From NCBI RefSeq assembly GCF_001194135.2, contig NC_068987.1:39916218-39960064 (forward strand): a stretch of DNA of 43,847 bases, in the 5' to 3' direction. Position 1 is the stretch's first letter. The number at the start of each line of letters is the position of its first letter. This document shows, piece by piece, positions 24,390-35,455 of the stretch. This DNA comes from Octopus bimaculoides (taxonomy: Eukaryota). Below the pieces are notes generated by a model, which had not been told where the DNA came from, did no database searches, and saw nothing but the letters and a program-made list of their open reading frames with translations. The position numbers were made by a program, and so were the translations under genes.

Positions 24390-25040
24390 GCAGGGTCAAA
24401 TACAAAACTACTACAAAATGACAACAGTGAAACAAGAAAAATTCTTAGATGCAAGCAATAAGAAAACTTAGAAAAGAGAAATCCAATAAAACCATTTGCT
24501 TATATATAAAGAAACAATACAAAGTGGAAACGATACTGGATGAAAACAGATAAAACAACAAAAAAGGTTAGCAAGAAAAAAATAAGAGACAAAATTAAAA
24601 CAGAATTCCAAAATGTACAGAAAAAATGGAAAGAAAAACCACACCATGACCAATATCTAACAAGACTTAAAGGAGAGAAAGTAAGCCAGAATGAAAGCTA
24701 AAAATGGTTCCAAAAATCTAAGCTAAAAGCAGAAAAAAAGCAATCTGATTTTAGTATTTAGGAGGAATACCTAGCCACAAACAACTACGCTAAAATAAAA
24801 ATTGAAAAATATACGCTAACATCAAGTGCAGACTATCACATCATTTGTGGCTGCCCATTCATTGTCTCATAGTCTCTGAGTATATTCACAGACATGATTA
24901 CATTAGCAGCTAGGTCCACTGGCCAATATGTTTACAATTTATAACGAAATTGTATAAACCTGGACTGAAAAGATGTCAAAGTAAAAACTGATAATAATTG
25001 GAGTCCTAAGCATGATAAAAAATATATGAATTTAAATGGG
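24390..25040 (+). mobile_element. R4/Dong-like relic
   Basis: KKWKEKPHHDQYLTRL...KWFQKSKLKAE...YLATNNY...HIICGCP...EYIHRHD...VHWPIC...IIIGVLSMIK. Confidence 0.7.
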
Positions 25041-25074
25041 CAAACCATACCATACCAGAGCTTGCAATGTTGTG

Positions 25075-25220
25075 CAAAATACAACAGGTGTTTAATTTAT
25101 CAACCCTAAAAGGATGCAAAGCAAATTCAACCTCCATGATATTCAAACTCAGAACATTGAGAGCTGGAAGAAATGCTGGCAAAGCATATTGTCTAACATG
25201 ATGATTCTGCCAGCTTGCTG
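25075..25220 (-). mobile_element. SINE family A, 5' part
   Basis: tttatcaaccctaaaaggatgcaaagcaaattcaacctc...attcaaactcagaac...atgattctgccagcttgc. Confidence 0.75.
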
Positions 25221-25284
25221 CCAAAATGATGATGATGATGATGACAATAATAATAATAGTTTTGTCTTGGTATACGAGATAGGC

Positions 25285-25735
25285 TACAGCAAATATTCTG
25301 CTCAATACCACAGATTTGCTTGTCAGTTGTTTGACCTTAACCAGTTCCTTAGTGGCTAACAATATGTGCATCTCTGATCATGAGCAGAAGTAGTGGGGGA
25401 GCATCACAGTCATGTGTTGAAAGGAATTCCGTGGAGTTTGAATAATTCACCTCTGGAAATATGGGTGTTTTGTTCAACATCCTTAAACAATCCTTATTCA
25501 TGGACCTTTTGAGCAGGACGGGCCACTCGACCTGAAGAAAATTCTAATTAGGCCCCACTGTGCTGTTTATTTTGATATGAGATCACCCTGTCGAGCACAC
25601 ATGGTTGTGATGCATGTGCCTGGTGTACTCTTATCAGACAGGTAGTCATGATGGGTATACTGGGCTTCGTATATTTCACCCCAGTGTCACTTTGATGGTA
25701 TGCACTGCTCTCTCACTCAATAATAATAATAATAA
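25285..25735 (+). repeat. Unclassified interspersed repeat ending in (AAT)n
   Basis: GC-richer non-coding block ending gcactgctctctcactcaaataataataat, which I recall as a common Octopus repeat; class not determined. Confidence 0.4.
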
Positions 25736-26559
25736 ACAAATGCCACCAATACCACAACAAAATTTGGCAAATTTTCATTACAAAAATTTACAATTCTCAA
25801 ATTGTTTCAACTGAAAAGAACAAAGGAAATTTTGGTTGGCTGGCTGCCATTCTGGATGGTTTATATATAAAGTCAAAATAAAAAAGCAAAACCCATAAAG
25901 TGAAATTACAAAACTCATGAACAATAAAATAACAGTTATTTTAAAATATCTTTTTATTAAACAATGTTATTTTATTAAAATAACAGCTTAGATAAATAAA
26001 TAAAAAATTATATCCAAAAATATAATAGATTCCTTTTGGGCAACTCCAAAGTTGGAAGACAGGAGAAAATTGTCCTTAAAACAGTACCCTGGTTTAAACA
26101 CTTGCAAAAGATTGAATTCAGGCATTAAGTCTACAACTTCTGACTAACTTTTTGATCATTATTAGTATACTTCATTGTACACTACCAAGAACTTTGGTCT
26201 GAGGCATTTTATTAAAATAGTACTTATTACAGCCAATAATATCTGAATTGTTTCAGTATAATCCTATTACAGCTAGCAATAAGTGAGGTATTTTATTATA
26301 TTATCTACTAGCTGCACCTGTGAAAACTTCATGGAAAACATAAAAAATGTAAGCATTTGTAAATTGTGTGCTGGTGTTGAGAAATGTTTCTATATTGTGA
26401 CACTTAGAATATAGAAAGAAGTGTAAAACTGATAACTATATAGTCCAACCAAAATATCTGTTACACAAACATAAACAGAATTACTATTTAGCCTTAAAAT
26501 TCATCACACATATTCAAAGAACCTTCTTGGTTTAATGGTATGGAACATTCTTCTGATAT

Positions 26560-26805
26560 TCTTTTCTTTTACTTGTTTCAGTCATTTGACTGTGGCCTGG
26601 TGCTTATTCTTTCAGTCTCTTCTGCTGAACAGCTAAGATGCAGGGACGCAAACACACCAACACCGGTTGTCAAGTGATGGGTGTGGGGCAACAAACACAG
26701 ATATATACACACATACATATATGGGCTTCTTTTAGTTTCCATCTATGATATCCACTCACGAGATTTGTAGGGCTTAGGCTATAGTAGAAGACACTGTTTA
26801 AAGTA
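26560..26805 (-). mobile_element. SINE family B copy
   Basis: Reverse complement of the 24055-24365 element (ctatagtagaagacac; atccactcac; acaccaacaccggttgtcaag; ttacttgtttcagtcatttgactg). Confidence 0.75.
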
Positions 26806-27098
26806 TAGAATTGAATTTCGTGTAGCCACCTGCTGGCAAATTTTCTTTCCCATCCATTTTTCTGAGTTTTTTCACAGCTATACCCCATTCAAAATTTGCA
26901 TTAGTTTTTGTATGAAAAAAAAGGCAGTCGGGGCTTGTTTGTAGTTTGTAGAGAAAACATTAAATATGCCTGAAAAAAAACATGGTCTTTCCCCCCAACT
27001 AAAAGACATGAAGAACTATGAAAGAAGGCAAATTAGTACCGGAGGGGGTGGGGAAAAGAAGAGAGAAAAGTAAAAGTAACATCCACAGATATCTGCTC

Positions 27099-27144
<46 letters not shown>

Positions 27145-27212
27145 TGTGTGTTAAAGAGAGGGGCATACACATAGATAGATAAATAGACAGATAGATAGGC
27201 AACATTTCTTTT

Positions 27213-27400
27213 NNNNNNNNNNNNNNNNNNNNNNNNNNNNNNNNNNNNNNNNNNNNNNNNNNNNNNNNNNNNNNNNNNNNNNNNNNNNNNNNNNNNNNNN
27301 NNNNNNNNNNNNNNNNNNNNNNNNNNNNNNNNNNNNNNNNNNNNNNNNNNNNNNNNNNNNNNNNNNNNNNNNNNNNNNNNNNNNNNNNNNNNNNNNNNNN
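27213..27400. other. Assembly gap (188 N)
   Basis: N run. Confidence 0.99.
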
Positions 27401-27697
27401 CTGATGAAGCAATTGCTGGCGATCTGTTGCTACACAGTTTTGCCAGAATTCTATCAGATTAGGCAGAAGATGTTGATGCACCGTTTTGCATTATGTTCAA
27501 AGTATCTTCTGGAATGTGGTGAATTGCTGCAGTCTGTTGCTGTCATTTTAAACCGGTTGCTGTCTTTCCCCAGCAAACTCTCTTCTTCGGAGGCATAATC
27601 TATGTATATATTAAACAGAACAACAAAAGTTACAATAGATGGCAGGGTCGGTAATTTTCACATTTCTGTAATTTTTCAGATTAACACCCGCACAATT

Positions 27698-27820
27698 ACC
27701 CAACCCTAACCCTAAAACCCTAAACCTAACCCTAACACTAACCCTAACCTTAAAACCCTAACCCTAATCCTAAAACCGTAACCGTAACACTCACCGTAAC
27801 CCTAAAACCCTAACACCCTA
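27698..27820. repeat. Interstitial degenerate telomere-like (CCCTAA/CCCTAAAA)n array
   Basis: aaccctaaccctaaaaccctaaacctaaccctaac... with ccgtaa variants. Confidence 0.9.
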
Positions 27821-28670
27821 GTGAAAATCGTGGTATATTTACCAAACATTGACGAACATGAGTGATATTGTAGTGAATGTCTTGTGAGAGAGAAGAGGGA
27901 GAGAGGAAGAGGGAGAGAGAGGGGGAGAAAGGAATAGAGATGGTAGCAATGAAGAGAGAGAAAGAGAGAACGGAAGACAGTTATAAAATAGCAATGCGTG
28001 CACGTGTTTATATAAGAAGCACAGAAACTAAATCTTATATCTATAATGTTGATGTGTTTATGTGTATGTTGTCACAGATCACGTATGTGTGGTTGTGTGT
28101 GTTTTTATGTATCTATGTTATGAAAAATAGGTAAAGAATACTGAGAGGAAAGTTTAATCTATGACTTTGTATGTATCTCTCTCCCTCTTTTACTCTTACA
28201 CTTTATATTATATGTTGAGCACGTGTGTAAGAACGTCATTCCAGGTAGAAGGGAAGAAATATAAAAGTTGCTAGAAACAACAGCCAAATCTCCCTTAAAT
28301 CACACAAAGTAAATGGAATTTTAAAAATCTAATTACTACACTGGAAAGTTCACATCGAGAAAATTTCATTGATGTAAAAAGTTTTACGAAAAAGTGGAAA
28401 ATGTGGATTTCTATACACTTTTAAAAAGGCTTCACACAGACACAACTTCAGCTTTATATATTAAGATTATCAAAAATGGAAAGTTTTCCAGCGTTTTCTG
28501 CATGAGAATGGTTCCATTCTCTTTCATTATTATTCTCTATCCACTCCTTTCCTTCACTCAATCTATCTCTCTAAATCTCTCTCTTCCCCCTCCTCTATGT
28601 CTCGTTGCATCTAACTGTCCTCCTGTGTTTAACATGTTCTATTTCTCTTACCTCTCAGCACAATCAATCG

Positions 28671-28714
<44 letters not shown>

Positions 28715-28838
28715 CTTCTTACTTCTTCCTCTTTGTCACTTTGTCTCTCACTTCAACTATACTTCCTCTGCTTCTGTCCCTCCTCTCTCTCCTGCTTTGC
28801 CACTCATTTCAACTATACCTCCTCTACTTATTACTTTT

Positions 28839-29638
28839 GGATCTTTCTGAATTGACGGCCACCACTTGTTTTCTTAACGAAACACTTTCAAACTTGGGAT
28901 ACTGGTAGAATGTGTCATATAAAACATTTTTTTCTCTTAGCTTTCTTAACAAAAATTTGTACATCGCAAGTTATTTCATGTTAAAGTTGTCGTATTTCTG
29001 TACTTTCAACCAATCACTGACATCTATTCAGCTGAATACAGTTACTGCTGTTTTTATAAACAATAATTTTTGCCGGTGTCAAGAACGTTATTCACTGTTA
29101 ATTATATCGTTATTCCCTAGTAAGGGTTTAGGGTTTTAGGGTTAGGGTTCGGGTTTTAGAGTTAGGGTTAGGGTTAAGATTATGAGTTATAGGGTTTTAG
29201 GGTTAGGGTTATGAGTTAGGTTATGGCAAAAATAATCATAACCCTAACCCTAACCCTAAAACTAACCCTAACTCTAAAACCCTAAAGCTAAAACCAGTAC
29301 AAACACACGAACAATGTTATAAATAACAGTATCGCCGATAGTTGTTGTTGACAAACAACGGCACTAATTTTATTCAAGGGAAAAGATAGATACCATGACA
29401 CTGTTAGAACATGTTTACATTCTACAGCAGTAATTGTTTTCACCTCAATAGACGTCAGTGATTGGTTGAAATTACCGAAATACGACAATTTTTTACATGA
29501 AATAACTTCGAATACAAAAATTTTTATTTGTTCTCTAACACAAAATATACAAGTATACGAAGTTTGAAAGTGTTTCGGTACCAAAAACACTACATGAAAC
29601 ATAAATGAAAAGTGGTTCCTGTCAATTCAGAAAGATCC
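28839..29638. mobile_element. 800-bp foldback DNA element with central inverted telomere-like arrays
   Basis: Perfect inverted blocks: 28839-28856/29621-29638 (18 bp), 28879-28895/29560-29576 (17 bp) and 29004-29021/29454-29471 (18 bp). The centre is (TTAGGG-like) 29121-29222, a short spacer, then (CCCTAA-like) 29239-29296. Confidence 0.85.
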
Positions 29639-29707
29639 TTACTTTTTATTTCTCTTTTTACTTCTTTGAAGTAAGTGTGATGCATATGACAGGTACACCA
29701 TTTTGAG

Positions 29708-29930
29708 CATGACCGTTGCCAGTACCTCCTGACTGGTCTTTGTGCCGGTGGCACGTAAAAGCACCCACTACACTCTCGGAGTGGTTGGTGTTAGGAAGGG
29801 CATCCAGCTGTAGAAACTCTGCCAAATCAGATTGGAGCCTGGTGTAGCCATCTGGTTCACCAGTCCTCAGTCAAATCGTCCAACCCATACTAGCATGGAA
29901 AGCGGACGTTAAATGATGATGATGATGATG
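29708..29930 (+). mobile_element. RTE 3'-tail copy (short 5'-truncated LINE or tail-sharing SINE)
   Basis: gtgccggtggcacgtaaaagcacccactacactc...ttaggaagggcatccagctgtagaaac...gcatggaaagcggacgttaaatgatgatg. Confidence 0.9.
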
Positions 29931-30199
29931 TATTAATATTATTGGTTACATCCATTAATATCTGAAGTATTTTATTACAATACTTCTTACGGCCAATTAT
30001 TAACTAATTCAATCATTAATTTTGTTAAGGACTTTGTCTTACTATTAACACACACAAGCATGTGCACAGTTGTAAGAAGTATTTGAGGACATAATTGGTA
30101 ATTGAATAAAATAACACTAAAACCAAATATATTTTATTAAGAATTTGAGTACAGGTTCTCAATGAGCTTTCTTACAAGATTATTTATCAGCTTTGACAT

Positions 30200-30970
30200 A
30201 CCAACACTAAATGACCATTATTTATTTCAGACATCACCTGGACAAATGTGACCTTTTGTAACGTTATGGTATTGTGAGGATGTTCATTAGTCTCCTTTTC
30301 AACCATGCTCCGAATGTAGTGGGCTATAGGATTTAAATCTACTGAGTTTGGAGGTTACAAGTTTGGTGTCCAACATCCATTCTTAGGTTATGTGGGTTTG
30401 TGAGATGCTGAGTCCAGCTGAAATATGTATGGCTTTCTATTGCATACTTCATACATCCAGGACTTAACATATCCAGCAGCATGAATTCTAAAACCCTGCA
30501 GAAACATGTCAGGTTGCATGACATGACCTTCATTACTCACACACCTAAAACCAGGACAACAGCTTAAAAAATTAGTGTGCATCACTCTGGAGTCATCAAA
30601 AAGATTGCACATAACCATCTGTCATTTCTCCATTTACTCTTTTGGCCTTGGTCAAAATCTTTCTCATCAGAGAAGAACTAAAGCATGTCATGTTCATTAA
30701 GGGTTTTAACCTTAAGTAACCACTTGGCATGGATTAAAAAAAATTCCCACGTCTTTTCATGAATTGTACATACAACTTGCATTGAATATCTTTGTGCATC
30801 ACAGTTCTGATAGACCACTCAAAAACCTGAAATTCTTTGGTGATAACCCTCATTGATTTCCTGGGATCATCATTAATAATGTTTTGAACCCATTGGATGA
30901 ATTTGGAACAGCCATGCCAACTTCATATACAAAAGACCTCGCAACACTTCGAAAGTTGGAAATTTTTTAA
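30200..30970 (-). pseudogene. Tc1/mariner-superfamily transposase relic, maT (DD37D)-like
   Basis: NIINDDPRKSMRVITKEF (HTH region), FFSDEKDF (D1, ~30660-30675), YIFQLDSASH (D2, ~30405-30420) and PPNSVDLNPIAHY (D3 region, ~30317-30350). Multiple stops and frameshifts; TIRs not found. Confidence 0.8.
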
Positions 30971-31080
30971 TCTCTAAGTTCTGACTGAATGTTTTCCATT
31001 TCTTATGCTAACATTTTATCTGCCATGGGAGAAAGAGAATAATATGCTGCTAATTAAATGTCCTCAAATATTCCTTGCAC

Positions 31081-31083
<3 letters not shown>

Positions 31084-31146
<63 letters not shown>
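31084..31146. repeat. (GT)n microsatellite
   Basis: Direct reading. Confidence 0.95.
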
Positions 31147-31149
<3 letters not shown>

Positions 31150-32945
31150 GCTCAGATAACAATCACAAGATCTTGTACTTGTCTTAGCGTGAGATTAATG
31201 AAGTTGGAATAAAATATTGTACCCAAATACATAACATACCCAATTTGAACTCACAATCCTTGTGTTGGTATACAGATGTTTTAATCTTTTAGCTATCCCC
31301 CCACTCATTTATTACCACATAATTGCTGAATCTATGGAGAAACTTCTAAGGAGTCATTAAAAACTGGTAGAAATTGTAACCAAATTCCTTCAAATCACAT
31401 CCTACTATCTTTAAAAAAAAAAAGGAGAATTCATTAGATAATGTAATTTTAGATATACAGAAAGATTGGTGACTGTTGGAACATTTTCATCATATATCTG
31501 TTCAATCAGGTCTGATCAGATAACTGGATAAGAAACCAATAAGTGACTGGCCTCCTGATTAAACAGTGAAACAATTCAAATCTAAGTTATGTAGACTGTA
31601 TTGTCTATGGTTAGGATGCCTTACTGGCATAATTCCCCTCTCTGTATATAAATATAATGAATAAGTCCATATTAACACTGTTAGTAGCAGGGACCTGACT
31701 ATAAAATAGGCAGGTGTTTCATAAACTTGCAGGATCAAGTTTCATATCAAGTATATTCCTATTTATCTCAGTCTACCTTAGTTTGCATTGATCAACCTAT
31801 TACAGTATGGGAAAATACAGGAATAAAACAGATTAAAAAACATAACAAAAAAAACACAAAAATAAGAATTATTGCATGGAATTATGTCAGCCTTGCATTG
31901 CGGAATTTCAGTCAATGTTTAATTTTTATGAAATAATTATTTATAGTTATTTTATTTTTTGTGACAATTATACCAGGTCTAGCTTCATATAACAGCTCAA
32001 TTCATGTTGCCTGCAGTTAGAGATAAAAACTGTAGCAGTATAAGTGGTGGCTACTGCTGACATACAACAGGATTTATTGAGCAGAATTAATATTATCATG
32101 TTAGTAGCTGGTAGGAATTAATGTCTACATATATGTATATATATGCACATCATGTGTCTGTGTGTATATATACAAATACATACATATACATACATGTGTA
32201 TATATATATCTATTATATTGAAGATAGAAGTCAATAATACAGAATACATCTCACAATTTTTGTCCTTGTTTGTAACATTAAAAATCATTATCATTGCTAT
32301 TATTATCATCACTATTTCATTATTTTGTTTAATTCTCTTAGCAAAATATAAGTATTTCTATCTTTGATTTAAAATTCTAGCCAATTCCATTTCTATCTAA
32401 CAAGTCTACAAAAGAACATATTTCAAAAAACAACAAAATCTCCACTTACACATTCAGCCACATACTCCTCAACATACTCACACACATTCATATCTTCACT
32501 AAATGGAGAATTTTCTTTAAGAAAAGTTTCACTAAAGGCCATTCTTGGCTTGTTTCCCTGTTTCCTTAACACAATAATAAATTGATTTTTCTGGTGTATC
32601 TTTATAGCAGACAAAATCAATAATCAATAAGTAACCATTGATTAAAGTAAATATATCATGGAGTTTGACTCCTTTTAACAAATTATTGTTCTATTTATTT
32701 CTTGTGTCTCTCCTTATCTAGATACCATATATTAAAGATTACATTGGAAGGGGAGGACTCCTAATTATATCTAAGTAAATTCTTCTGCAACAGCTTTAGT
32801 TTTCTTTCTTACATCACAGAACCTCTGATTATTGAATATTAATTCTGTGCACAGTATTCCTCCTCAGTTGTTTCCCTAAATATTTTCTAAGAAAGCCAAG
32901 TGTTAATGGTATATACAAGAGAAGTAGCTGAACTGATATACACAT

Positions 32946-34438
32946 TAGGGTGGAGTGAAAAATGCAACTTCTGAAATAGGTAACCAAGAATCGATATTTT
33001 GTTGTGAATTAGGGTTAAAAGAAAGGTGTATAAAGAACTTTGAGGTTAAATAATTTTTTCAGGCTCTGCAACACAATTGAAAATTTTAAAAATCGCTAAT
33101 TTTGGTCGAATTTTAGATTTTATGCATTATAAGTCATAACAAATATATATTTCTACATAGCAGAATGCAAAACAGTAAATATGGTATCCTTAAGAGGTTA
33201 CATACCAAGTTTCAATACAATTGACTAATATCTTGAGGTTCTGCATTGACTATAAAGAGAACGGGAGTGTGAACTTCTCCCCAGTGCTGCTGCAATGGTC
33301 ATTGCATATGGACATACGTCGTATGTGTGTGAAGTTTTCTCTGTACCTTGACTTTAGGCCATTGTATTAAAATTAATGATCATGCTAAATTTAGTGTTGT
33401 TTACGTTTAGTGATGACTCATAAGCCAATAATGCATCATGAATGCCCAATATTTGATATTCCATGTGATCTTAACAAGCGAGTTTTGCCAACTTACAAGG
33501 ATGTACTAAAATGTGTTTTATTTGAACAAGAAAAAGAAAAGGCAATGGTTCAGAAAGATCCTTCAATTAAACAAATTGTCAAGATTGTAGCAGAAAAGAT
33601 AATTCTTCTTTGGCAAAAGACATCCATACTTTGTGTTACGATTGAGTTAAACCAAAAATCTTAAACTTTTATCTGTGAAAAATATAAAAAATGTGCCATC
33701 ATTTCAAACAAAGTGTAATGTGTTTAAAAACAATGCAACAAAAGATTTATTTGACATTTCCTGTTACAAGTGCAACTCCTTTAAAAACTGCAGTTGTAGT
33801 AGAGACAAAAACGTGCCACAGAAAAAACAAGATTTTTTACAGGATAACAGACAAATTGGAAAATGATTACTGACAGAATATCAAGCAGTATCTAAACAGA
33901 ATGTTCAGAAGTTGATTTGTATTATTTAGTTACATGGAATTATATCGAATAAATTGAAAATATTAATTATTTTTATCACCAAAAGGTGTCAAAAATCAAA
34001 AATTGGTTTACACATAATTTTATTTTAATGTGTGTGTAATCTAGACCTCATGTAACACATATATTCAGTGACCTAGTATTAAAAAAAATAATAAAGAAAA
34101 CAAAGTCGAAAAGTCTATTTCACCTAATTTCAAAATTTCAAGTGCTTTGTGGACCCTGGAGATATGAATTTTAGAGCTTGAGATTTTAATACACTTGTTT
34201 TTAAAGGATTTCACAAAAGAAAATCAATTCATAACAATGAATGTAAAAAATAAAACGAGGAATGGCAACCATGTCATAAATATTCAAAATTTCAAGTAGG
34301 CTGCAGAGCCTGTGGATGTAAATTTAAGAACTTCAGATTTTAACACAGTTGTTTTTAAAGGGTTTCACAATAAAAATTATATTCTTGAAAATATATTTCG
34401 AAAATCTGTGTAAAAAGTACCCTTTTCACTCCACCCTA
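32946..34438 (+). mobile_element. Internally deleted DNA transposon, probably hAT (hATm-like)
   Basis: Perfect 16-bp TIR tagggtggagtgaaaa / ttttcactccacccta. Frameshifted ORF 33410-33866 (CPIFD.P..L...LPTYKDV...PSIKQI...IILLWQK...LFDISCYKC..F.NCSC...VP...DFLQD) resembles the N-terminus of transposases I recall for TAGGGTG-ended hAT elements. A ~95-bp direct repeat lies at ~34130-34230/34285-34378. No clean TSD. Confidence 0.7.
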
Positions 34439-35284
34439 AACATGTCAAGCAATTGGGTGACATCAGCTGAGCAAGGAAGTGGAGTGTAAAGATACAGTAA
34501 GATAGCCATTTCAGAAAAAGACCAAAACAAATATGGTAAGCAATAGAGAAGTGGTATATCAGGTATTTAAGGCTCACAAACATGATAATATAGGACCATC
34601 AGGTCATCCTATAGTGCAGGTTAGCCCAACCCATACCATCAGGGAAAAAAAACCCATTAATTTGATGATAATTACTATTGAAATGTACTCGATTTGGATT
34701 TGTGCATCTAATTTATCTTTTCTGCATTTTAGATATCATTTTCAATTAAACATGTATTTGTAATATTGTAAACTTCTTACAAACAACTCACATCTCACTA
34801 AACACAGCTCCAGTGATGAATTTTTGGAATTTTCTTAAAGATACAACTTTGATTTTGCTGTCTGATGTGTCCCATCTTTTGTAACTGTACGGTAAATATA
34901 TAAATTTCTTCTTTATCCTATATTGCAGAAGAAAGTGCTTGGTTTCTTCTTGGTTTCAGTTACATCACAGTAAGTATATAAGAAATAAACCTCCTCCAGG
35001 GCAAAGCACCACTTTATCTGATAACATTCTCAGATAATGTGGTTCCTATCTCAGAAAAAGAAAAAAAAACAAGTGAAAAAGTGCAGAATAAAGAGGCCTG
35101 TTCAGAAATATAACAAAATGCTTGCAACAGATTTCACGCAAGTGTAATGAACCTTACTTCATTTACTCAGACAATTTACATCTACCCCTTATTTATGCAC
35201 TCATATACAAAAATATCTACATATTCAGTTCATGTCAGAAACACTTAAATCTTAGGTACAGGTTTGCACCTAATGTTTATCTTG

Positions 35285-35413
35285 CAATTATATAGTTCCA
35301 AGTTTGGTTCCACTGTGCAGCAACTTAGGGAAATGTTTTCTACCATAGTTGCAAGTTGATCAATGCTTTTTGGGGTGAAATCTGATGGACAGCATCTATG
35401 CAGAGGGGCATCA

Positions 35414-35415
<2 letters not shown>
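35285..35415 (+). mobile_element. Decayed SINE family B fragment
   Basis: ccactgtgcagcaacttagggaaatgttttctaccatag resembles gtggcaccttgggcaagtgtcttctactatag. Confidence 0.5.

Positions 35416-35452
<37 letters not shown>

Positions 35453-35455
<3 letters not shown>

Noticed and set aside
29121-29296. Ancestral chromosome end-to-end fusion site
   Set aside because: The arrays are short, degenerate and enclosed by matching inverted arms with sharp termini. A transposon is the simpler explanation.
34929-34969. Plus-strand 41-nt exon candidate (ESAWFLLGFSYIT, GTAAGT donor)
   Set aside because: It has a good acceptor but no compatible neighbouring exon or recognisable homology, and it conflicts in strand with the adjacent candidate. 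It is worth a glance in RNA-seq only.
35008-35043. 14-bp hairpin with one mismatch
   Set aside because: Short and AT-rich with no context, so it is compatible with chance.
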